Part shown: positions 10,264 to 18,610 of the stretch, piece by piece
How the letters are laid out: each line of letters begins with the position of its first letter
Position numbering within the stretch: the first letter of the stretch is position 1
Origin: an uncultured archaeon
GTDB lineage: Archaea; Iainarchaeota; Iainarchaeia; Iainarchaeales; Iainarchaeaceae
Assembly: GCA_964577555.1 (NCBI GenBank)
Contig: CAZNZM010000001.1
Span: 125,842 to 157,841, forward strand
DNA: 32,000 bases
Direction: 5' to 3'
Program-made: the position numbers and the translations under genes
The notes under the pieces: generated by a model
The model's input: the letters and a program-made list of their open reading frames with translations, nothing else
The model's database searches: none
Told to the model about the DNA's origin: nothing

Positions 10264-10769
10264 TGAAAGAAAAAGAAGAAATAATTGACATAATAAATGA
10301 AAACGACCAAACAATAGGTTTTGCAACCCGCTCAGAAGTAAAACAAAAAAAACTGCTTTACAGGTGTGCCGGAATATACCTCGAAAGAAACGGAAAAATA
10401 GCACTCGAAAAAAGAAGCATGAAAAAAGAAATAAGACCTGGAAATTGGAGCATTGTTGAAGAAACCGTAAAAAGCGGGGAAACATTCGAACAAGCAGCAA
10501 TAAGAGGATTAAAAGAAGAACTAGGCCTGAAAGCAATAAACCTAAAATTCGTAGGAAAAAAAATAATTGAAGACATGAAATACCCTGACAAATTCATGCT
10601 GGGTATTTTCAAATGCAATGCAAAAGGAAATTTGAAGTTGCAAAAAGAAGAAGTTGAAAAGGCAAGATTCTTGACGCTAAAACAAGTTGAAGCAATGATA
10701 AGAAATGGAAAAAACATAAGCCCATCACTAACAGAAACATTTAACATATACATAAAAAGCAAAAGTTGA
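10263..10769 (+). CDS. NUDIX hydrolase / type 1 IPP isomerase-like protein
   Basis: Starts on the upstream stop; RPGNWSIVEETVKSGETFEQAAIRGLKEELGL resembles a NUDIX box; located between MVD and IPK. Confidence 0.75.
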   Translation: MKEKEEIIDIINENDQTIGFATRSEVKQKKLLYRCAGIYLERNGKIALEKRSMKKEIRPGNWSIVEETVKSGETFEQAAIRGLKEELGLKAINLKFVGKKIIEDMKYPDKFMLGIFKCNAKGNLKLQKEEVEKARFLTLKQVEAMIRNGKNISPSLTETFNIYIKSKS

Positions 10770-11587
10770 TTGAAATGAAAAATGAAAAAAATTTGTATAT
10801 AATAAAACTTGGCGGCTCGGTAATAACTGAAAAAAAAACAGGCAAATTCATAATAAAAAAGGAAAAAATTGCGAAAATTGCAAAAGAAATAAAAAAAGCC
10901 CAAAAAAAGAAAAAATTCCAATTAATAATAGTACACGGAGCAGGCCCTTTCGGGCATAAAATAGTTTCAGAATATGGAATCTCAAACGGAGTAAAAACTA
11001 AAAAACAATTTGAAGGATTCAAAAAAACAAAAGAATCAATGAGGCGACTATGTAAGCAAATAATCAAAATACTGAAAAAAAACGGAATAAAAGCAACTCC
11101 GGCGCAAGACAAAGCAAACATAATTCAACATAACAAGAAAATTGTTAAACTGAATCTTGAAGGAATAAAAAAAATCTTGAAAACGGAAAAAGTCCCCATA
11201 CTCCACGGAGACATGGTAAAAGACACTGCAATCGGAGCATCGGTAGTAAGCGGGGACACTATAATTGCAATTCTTGCAAACAAATTAAATGCAACAAAAG
11301 TTTTTTACGGCACTGATGTAAATGGAATATATAACTCAAATCCAAAAAAAAACAAAAAAGCCAAACTCATAAAAGAAATAAACAACAGCAACATAAAAAA
11401 AGTCTTGAAAATGACAACAGGGGCAAACACAATTGATGTAACTGGAGGAATGAAAGGAAAATTAGAAGAAATAAGAAAAAACATAAAAGGCATAGAGTGT
11501 TTTGTATTCAACCTTCAAAATGAAAAAAACATTAATAAACTATTGTTTGGAAAAAAAACCAATTGCACAAAAATAATATTCAACTAA
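10766..11587 (+). CDS. ipk: Isopentenyl phosphate kinase (amino acid kinase family)
   Basis: IIKLGGSVITEKK, IIVHGAGPFGHKIVSEYG, LHGDMVKDTAIGASVVSGDTI, TGANTIDVTGGMKGKLEEI. Confidence 0.88.
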   Translation: MIEMKNEKNLYIIKLGGSVITEKKTGKFIIKKEKIAKIAKEIKKAQKKKKFQLIIVHGAGPFGHKIVSEYGISNGVKTKKQFEGFKKTKESMRRLCKQIIKILKKNGIKATPAQDKANIIQHNKKIVKLNLEGIKKILKTEKVPILHGDMVKDTAIGASVVSGDTIIAILANKLNATKVFYGTDVNGIYNSNPKKNKKAKLIKEINNSNIKKVLKMTTGANTIDVTGGMKGKLEEIRKNIKGIECFVFNLQNEKNINKLLFGKKTNCTKIIFN

Positions 11588-11589
11588 AT

Positions 11590-12290
11590 TCAACATAAAC
11601 AAAAAATTGGCTAAAAAAATAAAAAATTAAAAAAAATAAGAAAAACACCTTAAAAAGAACTAAAAAATAAGCATAGGTAGATCGCAAAAAAAAAGAAAAT
11701 TCAATTAAAAAACAAAAAAATAATGTCAAAAAAAACAACACACAAAAACAAAAAAAACAACTTGACAAAAAAAAGAATTCAAAAAAAAAGAAAAATGACA
11801 AAAAAATTGGCTTGCAAAAATAAATCCAAAAAAACACATAAACAACGCCTAAAATGCAAAAAAAGAGCTGAAAAATAAAAACAAAAAATCAATTAAAAAA
11901 AATAAAATTGTCTAAAAAAAGGCTCACAAAAAAAACAACTTTGACAAAAAAAAATACCAAAAAAACGGCTCGCCAAAAAAACAAAATTAAAAAAATGGCT
12001 TGCAAAAAACAAAACAAAAAAAATGACCAACAAAAAAAATACCAAACAAAAAAATAATTCAAAAAAAATAAATAACAAAAAAAACTTGGCTCGCCAAAAA
12101 AACGGATTGAAAAAAAAACCGCAAAAAAATAGCTCACAAAAAAAACAATTAAAAAAAATAAAATCGACTAAAAAATTGGCCAAAAAATAAATTAATAATT
12201 AAAAAAACTAAAACCAAGATTAACAGAAACAAAAAAACAAGAAACAAGACAAAAATTTTAAATTAAAACTTGGCTAGAAAACTCAGAAAA
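11590..12290. repeat. A-rich modular intergenic repeat array (A-rich on + strand)
   Basis: Contains CTTGACAAAAAAAAGAATTCAAAAAAAAAGAAAAATGACAAAAAAATTGGCTTGCAAAAA (11761-11820) and CGGCTCGCCAAAAAAACAAAATTAAAAAAATGGCTTGCAAAAAA, both nearly repeated at about 21.57-21.76 kb. Confidence 0.8.
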
Positions 12291-12298
12291 TTACAAAT

Positions 12299-12859
12299 TC
12301 ACAAAAAAAAATTTTTCCCCTGCTCGTCGCTATAAACTATTCTAATTGTCTCCCTAAGCCAAACAGGATAATTTGATGAACCGCCTTGAATATCTTTCAA
12401 AACGGTTTTTGCTGGGATTTTAATTATTTTATTATTAGTATGGCTTGCAGAAGGAATTATTTTGCCAGAGTATTCCGTAAATGCGGCCAGGCAATATTCA
12501 TTTTCACAAGAACCATCTCCATAATCCTTCTCATAAGAATAACCTCCAAGAATCTTGATTTCAACTTTTTTTATCCCATATTCGTCTTCCAAGCACCTGA
12601 TAGCCGAATCAATGGGCTTCTCACCAGCCAAAACATGGGTTGTCGGCGAATCAAATACGCCACCGCCAACTTTATTACGAGGTCTTTCATGAAGAACAAG
12701 TTCTTTTTTGTCATTAAAAACAAGAACTTGAATTGCCAAATGCTTTACACCGGGCGAAGTATGTCCAGAACGCCTATCAATAATTTTTCCAGTAACCTTG
12801 CCAAATTCATCAACACAAACAAGCAACTGGTTTGGGTTATCCAAAAGACCGTGGGACAT
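12299..12859 (-). CDS. NUDIX-fold, isopentenyl-diphosphate isomerase-like protein
   Basis: LLVCVDEFGKVTGKIIDRRSGHTSPGVKHLAIQVLVFNDKKELVLHERPRNKV...AGEKPIDSAIRCLEDEYGI. Confidence 0.7.
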   Translation of the reverse strand: MSHGLLDNPNQLLVCVDEFGKVTGKIIDRRSGHTSPGVKHLAIQVLVFNDKKELVLHERPRNKVGGGVFDSPTTHVLAGEKPIDSAIRCLEDEYGIKKVEIKILGGYSYEKDYGDGSCENEYCLAAFTEYSGKIIPSASHTNNKIIKIPAKTVLKDIQGGSSNYPVWLRETIRIVYSDEQGKNFFL

Positions 12860-12945
12860 TCAAAAGTAAAAAAACAAAAGAAAAATAAAGGTTAAGTATT
12901 GGAATTTTGCAAACCAAAGTCAATATAAAATACTTAAACTGGCCA

Positions 12946-13416
12946 TCAAGAATATTTCTTTCTTAATTCCATAAGGCAATTTTTGATCAGATCCAAAGAC
13001 TCATTAATGTTTTTTGAAACAGAATATTCAAAACCCTTTGAAACATCATCTTTGCCAAACATCGGATTAGTTGAAAATGAAATTCTTTTACCACGCCATT
13101 CCAGCAAGCCAAGATTAAAAAGCCTTGCAAGATGATACCGCAAAGCCTTTTCACCGATTTTTCTTTTTTGAGAAACAAGATAAGAATTCAACTCAGAAAT
13201 TTTTGGAAACTTCTTTTTTGATATTTGAAAATAAAACAAAGCATCAAGAACGTCCAAAACCCCAGACCTTGACTCATTTGGCGAAATAAGACCAGAAGAA
13301 AGCGCAAACCAACGAATCAAAGAACGCTTAGTAAGAGAAACCTCCTGCGGAAAATCCATCTGCCTTATTGTAAAAGAACGCCTCACCAATTCAGCCTCTG
13401 GAAACTCCAAAGCCAT
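12946..13416 (-). CDS. Hypothetical protein, probable winged-helix features
   Basis: ORF 156 aa; LRYHLARLFNLGLLEWRGKRISF wHTH-like segment. Confidence 0.55.
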   Translation of the reverse strand: MALEFPEAELVRRSFTIRQMDFPQEVSLTKRSLIRWFALSSGLISPNESRSGVLDVLDALFYFQISKKKFPKISELNSYLVSQKRKIGEKALRYHLARLFNLGLLEWRGKRISFSTNPMFGKDDVSKGFEYSVSKNINESLDLIKNCLMELRKKYS

Positions 13417-13593
13417 ACAAAAACATCTCCAAAATAATACTAAAATAATATTAGAAATTCTTAAATAATATTAGAAAATTTATTAAAAAGATGATAATTC
13501 GTCAAAAAACGAATAAAAAAATAAATTTACTACATAACAAACTTTAGGTAGGATTTAATAATATAAAAAATGTAAAAATATATTCGGATTAAG

Positions 13594-13950
13594 ATGCTTG
13601 AAATTTCAACACAATTATTTCCATATAGGCTCAAAATGGAAACCCGCCAACCAATAGAACTTAAAGTCACAATAAAAAACAACAGCAGAGAACCGGCTTT
13701 AGTTTCCTATGATATTGCAACAGAAAAAACCCTGGCTTTGGACAAAGGCGGATACAAGTCAACTGAAAATGTAAAAGTCGGAGTTATTGCACCGGGAGCA
13801 AGCATTTCTGGAAGGTTTGAAGTTTTTGCCAAACATCTTGCAAAAATCGGGCTTCATAAAATTTATATAAGGGCGACAGAGCATTACAATAACTACAACC
13901 TAGTGAAAAATGAATATAGAAAGGAAATAGAAGTTCTGGTTGATAAATAA
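13594..13950 (+). CDS. Hypothetical protein, predicted beta-sandwich (Ig/CARDB-like)
   Basis: QPIELKVTIKNNSREPALVSYDI...GVIAPGASISGRFEVFAKHLAKIGLHKIYIRATEHYNNY pattern. Confidence 0.6.
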   Translation: MLEISTQLFPYRLKMETRQPIELKVTIKNNSREPALVSYDIATEKTLALDKGGYKSTENVKVGVIAPGASISGRFEVFAKHLAKIGLHKIYIRATEHYNNYNLVKNEYRKEIEVLVDK

Positions 13951-13987
13951 ATTTAAAAAAAATGTTTTTGAATGACTTGGTGTTGGT

Positions 13988-14101
13988 ATGATAAGAATAA
14001 AAACTGAAAAATGCCAGGAATGCGGAGAATTAGTTCAAGTATTCAATATTGCAAATCACAAAAAGAATCATGAATTGGAAAAGAAAAAACAAACAGGATA
14101 A
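13988..14101 (+). CDS. 37-aa C2H2-type zinc finger microprotein (absent from the ORF track)
   Basis: MIRIKTEKCQECGELVQVFNIANHKKNHELEKKKQTG; C-x2-C-x11-H-x3-H. Confidence 0.55.
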   Translation: MIRIKTEKCQECGELVQVFNIANHKKNHELEKKKQTG

Positions 14102-14144
14102 TTGCAAATGATTATTCAACCAAAAGAGTTGAGTTCTTACAGTT

Positions 14145-14873
14145 TCAGGGCTTGGCAAACAATTTTCTTAAAGCAGTTGGAATATATCTATCTGGAAGAT
14201 TAAATAAGAGACTAGCCACAAGAGGTTTTGTAATATTTAATGGATAAGCGTTAACCTCTGTGACTAAAGCTCTTTCACCGGGAAGTGTGTTCCTTCTATC
14301 ATAAATTTTTATCTTTACTTCATGCCTCATAAAAAATTTATCCCTTATAGGCCCATGAATTTCGGGGTTTGAAGGAGCATATAAGTATATTTTTGGAGAA
14401 AATAATGACTCTAATATAGCAGTACGATGACTAAATAAAAATCGCAAAATAGCATATGTCTGTGAATGTATTCCAAATTTTTTTTTAAATTCTTGATCCC
14501 TATTTCCAAGCAGTTTAGCCCTTTCAGTTGGGTCTTTACATTGTTCTTCTCCTACTCTTTGCACGCTTCTTATAACTATTATACGCGCCCCATTTAATGA
14601 ACCTTGTGTAAATTCAAGCGCATACATTGTTGGTTGAGAAATAGTATAATCTCCAGGGGATTTCCATTTCAAAATAAAGTAATTATTATGAGATCTGTAT
14701 CCGTCATAATTTGTAAAACCCTTTGTTATTGCTTCTGAAGAATTAGGAATAGCAGCAAAATGTTTTCTAAAACCATGGCTTGCCAACAAGCTTGCTTTTT
14801 CTTTAAGTTGTAAACTATTGAATGATTGGCCCCATAAATTTAAACTATTTTTTTTGCGGATTTGTCGAGGCAT
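14145..14873 (-). CDS. Hypothetical protein, 242 aa
   Basis: Long ORF without competing ORFs; no recognised family. Confidence 0.6.
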   Translation of the reverse strand: MPRQIRKKNSLNLWGQSFNSLQLKEKASLLASHGFRKHFAAIPNSSEAITKGFTNYDGYRSHNNYFILKWKSPGDYTISQPTMYALEFTQGSLNGARIIVIRSVQRVGEEQCKDPTERAKLLGNRDQEFKKKFGIHSQTYAILRFLFSHRTAILESLFSPKIYLYAPSNPEIHGPIRDKFFMRHEVKIKIYDRRNTLPGERALVTEVNAYPLNITKPLVASLLFNLPDRYIPTALRKLFAKP

Positions 14874-15251
14874 AAGTTTTCACTTTATTTTTAAAAAAAT
14901 ATATTAATATATATAACATTTATTATACATAACAAATTTTAAACAAACACTTAAAAAATTATTAAATAAAACCCAAAACAATTTGTTGCATTCTATTCAT
15001 TCTATTATACAAGCAAAATTTTAATTTTTCAAAAAATCCCTTCGTAATTTTGACGTATAATATACCTTATACGGCATTATAACATTATATTGTTAATTTT
15101 AAGTCAAAAAAGAATAATATTAAAGGAAGAAAGGGGGTTAAAGCTAAAAAAAATAAAAATTTGGAGAATTTGGGATTAAATTTGGGTTTAAAAATAAAGT
15201 AAAAAAGAGGAATAAAAAGAAGAAAAAAACAATAAAATTATGTATAATGAA

Positions 15252-15623
15252 TTAGATTTTCTTAAATATCCTGGAAAATGGATTTGACATAGCCAATTTA
15301 TATTGCCCTTTTTCTTCAATAAGCTCCCCCATATGGACTAAATATTTAACTACTTCAACTACATCCCTCTCTTCAAAACCGCCAATTTTTGAAATTGAAG
15401 TTATGTCTAAAGAACCATTTTCCATCATCAAAAACTTTATTGAAAAAATAAGATTAGACCAATAAGCCAGCTCCTTTCCAAAATTTTTTTGAAAAAAACG
15501 GGCATCAAACAAAAGCTTTGTCATAAAATCAGTATTAGGATTAATAATAGCTTCCTTCATTTCTGAATTCAGTGCAAAAGCTTTTTGCCAAAGGGAATTC
15601 TCAATTATAGGTTTGGACATCAA
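15252..15623 (-). CDS. Hypothetical protein, C-terminal winged-helix-like
   Basis: LDITSISKIGGFEERDVVEVVKYLVHMGELIEEKGQYKL wHTH-like. Confidence 0.55.
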   Translation of the reverse strand: MMSKPIIENSLWQKAFALNSEMKEAIINPNTDFMTKLLFDARFFQKNFGKELAYWSNLIFSIKFLMMENGSLDITSISKIGGFEERDVVEVVKYLVHMGELIEEKGQYKLAMSNPFSRIFKKI

Positions 15624-15669
15624 TTCAAATTTAAAAAGACAACAATTTTAAAAAAAATAGGTAAAAATA

Positions 15670-15742
15670 AAAGGAACGGGCGCCAAAAAGACTTCCAAAA
15701 AGGAGTTTACTCACAAGCGAGTTACAGCCTGGCCCGTCCTTT
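15670..15742. ncRNA. Candidate small structured RNA / long stem-loop
   Basis: AAAGGAACGGGC (15670-15681) pairs with GCCCGTCCTTT (15732-15742), one bulged base; internal hairpins ACTTCC-aaaaa-GGAGT and ACTC-acaagc-GAGT. Confidence 0.35.
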
Positions 15743-15878
15743 TGTTTCGGTTTATCTGCAATGTAACAGATGTTTCACCGCAAGGAAAAGGAAATTCCCT
15801 ATTAATATACTTCCTTATTAGCTTTCCAAACAAGAAAACAATATTTTCAACAAGAGCGTTTTAATACAACTCGACAAA

Positions 15879-16850
15879 TTAACCAAAATCCATTTTGCCT
15901 TCCATAAAAAAAGCATCCAACTCTGGCAAAATATCGTTTATACTCTTAGCCAAAGCCATTTTTACCCTCAACTTCTTTGCCAATGGAATACATTTAGTAA
16001 GTCGCATAGCGTTAAGCCTCAAATGTTCAAGTTTAACCATTTCAAACTTTTTACAAAGCTCATAATAATTATAAAATAGCTTCATTTTTTCTTTAGGTGA
16101 AAATTTTGGTTCTTTGCCGGACACAACGTATTTATGTATAAAATCAAATATTAATGGATTTATCATTGCCTGACGCCCAATCATAGCAAAGTCGGCTCCC
16201 GTCCTCTCTAATATTCTGACTGCATTTTCACACGAATTTACATCACCGTTTGCCACAATAGGGACTTCGACAGAGTTCCTTATCTTTGCTATTGCATTCC
16301 AATCAGCAATACCTGAATAACCTTGCACAGCTGTTCTTGCGTGCACTATTATTCCATCAACCCCTGATTTTTCAAGTATTCTGCAAATTTTAATAGATTC
16401 GTCTTTAGCCCAACCTAAACGAATTTTAACAGTTACGGGTTTTGACACCTTGGATTTTATGGCTTTGACAATTGAACCTATTTTTTCAGGTTTTTTGAGC
16501 AAGGCGGCGCCAGCGCCGATGGAAACCTCTTTGTACGAAGGACACCCACAATTTATGTTTATCATTTCAAAATTCGATTCAACAGCCTTGGCTGCAACGG
16601 CAAAATCCCTTTTATCAACGCCAAACAATTGAACTGCAACCGGTTTTTCTTCGTCGCAAGTTTTTATAATGGAAAATTCATTATTGGTAAACGGATCCGG
16701 ATTGCGGGCTATTTGAGTGGCATTTATTTGTTCTGTGAACACCATTCCTGCGCCTTTTTGCACGCAAAGCATTCTAAATGGCAAGTTAGTGACAGCTGCC
16801 ATTGGCGCTAAAAAGTATTTGCTTCTTACTTTAACACCGCAAAAATCCAT
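15879..16850 (-). CDS. dus: tRNA-dihydrouridine synthase
   Basis: YFLAPMAAVTNLPFRMLC, NINCGCPSYKEVSIGAGAALLKKPE, KSKVSKPVTVKIRLGW, VHARTAVQGYSGIADW, VPIVANGDV. Start placed at internal Met so it does not overlap the adjacent tRNA. Confidence 0.92.
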   Translation of the reverse strand: MDFCGVKVRSKYFLAPMAAVTNLPFRMLCVQKGAGMVFTEQINATQIARNPDPFTNNEFSIIKTCDEEKPVAVQLFGVDKRDFAVAAKAVESNFEMININCGCPSYKEVSIGAGAALLKKPEKIGSIVKAIKSKVSKPVTVKIRLGWAKDESIKICRILEKSGVDGIIVHARTAVQGYSGIADWNAIAKIRNSVEVPIVANGDVNSCENAVRILERTGADFAMIGRQAMINPLIFDFIHKYVVSGKEPKFSPKEKMKLFYNYYELCKKFEMVKLEHLRLNAMRLTKCIPLAKKLRVKMALAKSINDILPELDAFFMEGKMDFG

Positions 16851-16855
16851 GTTAT

Positions 16856-16925
16856 GCACCCGCCGGGATTTGAACCCGGGCCGAAAGCTTGGGAAGCTTT
16901 AAGGCTACCGCTACCCCACAGGTGC
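16856..16925 (-). tRNA. tRNA-Gly(CCC)
   Basis: Reverse strand GCACCTGTGGGGTAGCGGTAGCCTTAAAGCTTCCCAAGCTTTCGGCCCGGGTTCAAATCCCGGCGGGTGC; 7-bp acceptor, AAAGC-TTCCCAA-GCTTT anticodon arm, TTCAAAT loop. Confidence 0.93.
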
Positions 16926-17006
16926 GTTAATTTATTATAAAAAGTAGATTCGGGAAAATTTTAAATTACGCATTCAAAAAAAACTTTTGCGATTTATTGG
17001 AGGAGG

Positions 17007-17030
17007 CCCGAAGCTTTTTTTAGCTTCGGG
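17007..17030. other. Perfect 9-bp hairpin with T6 loop
   Basis: CCCGAAGCT-tttttt-AGCTTCGGG. Confidence 0.6.
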
Positions 17031-17322
17031 GCAATGAATTTTGAAAGCAGTACTTGCTACTTGAGCATAGCAAGCAATGTTGAGGACGAACGCTTTTGAT
17101 TAACCTTTTTAGAATTAAATCTGAGCCTAGCTGCTTTAATTCTTGGTACTTGTATAGTTTCTGTATCTTTTATGAATTCACGCCAATTCATCCTCAAAAC
17201 CTCCTTTGATATCCCACCTAAGAGGTGAAACCTCGAACCACACGTTATAATTAATGCCTTTGATATATAAATAATAGTAAGTATAATAAATATATCTGCT
17301 ATAAAAAGTATAGTGTGATAAA

Positions 17323-17619
17323 ATGGGTGATTTTAGAAAAATAGAGGCTTTTATCTCCAAAAAGTATAATATTAGTATTTTAAGGGAGCTTTTAAACAGC
17401 CAACAAGGTGTTGGATTTAATTCCTTGCTTAAATCGCTCGAGCCTATAACAGCAAGAGTTCTTTCTATTCGTTTGAAAGAGCTTGAAAAGGACGGGTTTT
17501 TACAAAAAAACTTGGTTTTGGGTACGAAGCCTAAAATAGAGTATAGGGCAAGCCAAAAGGCTGAAGGCTTGAAGAAAGTGATTAAAGAATTGGAAAAATT
17601 TGAAAAAAACTTGCAATGA
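17323..17619 (+). CDS. Winged-helix transcriptional regulator (HxlR/ArsR-like)
   Basis: ISILRELLNSQQGVGFNSLLKSLEPITARVLSIRLKELEKDGFLQK. Confidence 0.8.
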   Translation: MGDFRKIEAFISKKYNISILRELLNSQQGVGFNSLLKSLEPITARVLSIRLKELEKDGFLQKNLVLGTKPKIEYRASQKAEGLKKVIKELEKFEKNLQ

Positions 17620-17804
17620 ATTTGTTAATCGATTAACTGGACAAAGATTATTTTAAACGTGGGTGTTGGCATTTGTAAAACATTTTTGTAAAATGTTGGT
17701 TGCGTTGGTTCTTCTAAAAGTTCGTTTTCAAACCAAACATAAAACCTTTTACCAAGCAGTTAAATTAATTAAGTTCATGGAAATTAATTTTAGATAGGTG
17801 GTTT

Positions 17805-18038
17805 TTGATGGCTAAATTCAAGATAATATTTGACAGAAATAATTGTGTTGCCGCTGGTCCTTGTGCGGCTGTTGATTCGGTTCATTTCAAAATCGACCCG
17901 TCTGATGGTAAAGCAATATTAATTGGTGGCAAGGAAGTGAGCCCAGGGATTTTTGAACTTGAAGTTGATGATGATGAGCTTGGAAATCAAGCCGCTGCAG
18001 TTTGCCCAGCAGCAGTAATTACGGTAAAAAAATTATAA
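17805..18038 (+). CDS. Single-cluster ferredoxin, three-Cys variant
   Basis: FDRNNCVAAGPCAAVDSVHFKI...NQAAAVCPAAVITV; second ligand position replaced by Ala. Confidence 0.75.
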   Translation: MMAKFKIIFDRNNCVAAGPCAAVDSVHFKIDPSDGKAILIGGKEVSPGIFELEVDDDELGNQAAAVCPAAVITVKKL

Positions 18039-18071
18039 ATAATTATAAATATAAAAAAACAGGAGTCGATT

Positions 18072-18398
18072 ATGGATAGAAAAATTCAAGTGGTGCACTT
18101 ACTGGAAGGGCATAATATAGACAAGCTTGTATTAATGTCTAAAATTGAAAAATTTTATGACAAACTTGCAAAAAATTTTATGAGAGAAATTTTTATGGAA
18201 GTGCATTTCAAAGTTTACAATGACAAAGGCAAAATGGAAAGTAAACGTGAACAAATTGAAACAAAAATACATGTAAAAGCCCCCCACCTTAACCTAAATG
18301 CCTCTGAAACCGAATGGGACGCCATAAAGTCACTTAAAAAAGCGTTTAAAGCGATAGAAAAAGAAGCTGAAAAAGCGCTACACAAACAAGAAAAATGA
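18072..18398 (+). CDS. Hypothetical protein, possibly HPF/RaiA-like
   Basis: Fold-level resemblance only (EIFMEVHFKVYNDKGKMESKREQIETKIHVKAP...WDAIKSLKKAFKAIEKEAEKAL). Confidence 0.4.
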   Translation: MDRKIQVVHLLEGHNIDKLVLMSKIEKFYDKLAKNFMREIFMEVHFKVYNDKGKMESKREQIETKIHVKAPHLNLNASETEWDAIKSLKKAFKAIEKEAEKALHKQEK

Positions 18399-18610
18399 AC
18401 CATAAATATAAACAAAATTTTCAAGCCCAAACTTTTGATTCGTCAAAAAACGATAATAAAAAGATAAACCATCAAAGCTAATTAGTTTTTTTAACTTTTG
18501 AATTTTTTTTTGTTTGGATTTGGCGCCTATTAGTATAAAATAGATGTTTGGATTTTAAAAATACTGCTTTTATTTTTTCCCGAGGAGGCTGTGAGAGGAG
18601 AGAGATCAAA

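Noticed and set aside
12386-12895. 169-aa + strand ORF
   Set aside because: Antisense to the NUDIX gene, which has clear family motifs.
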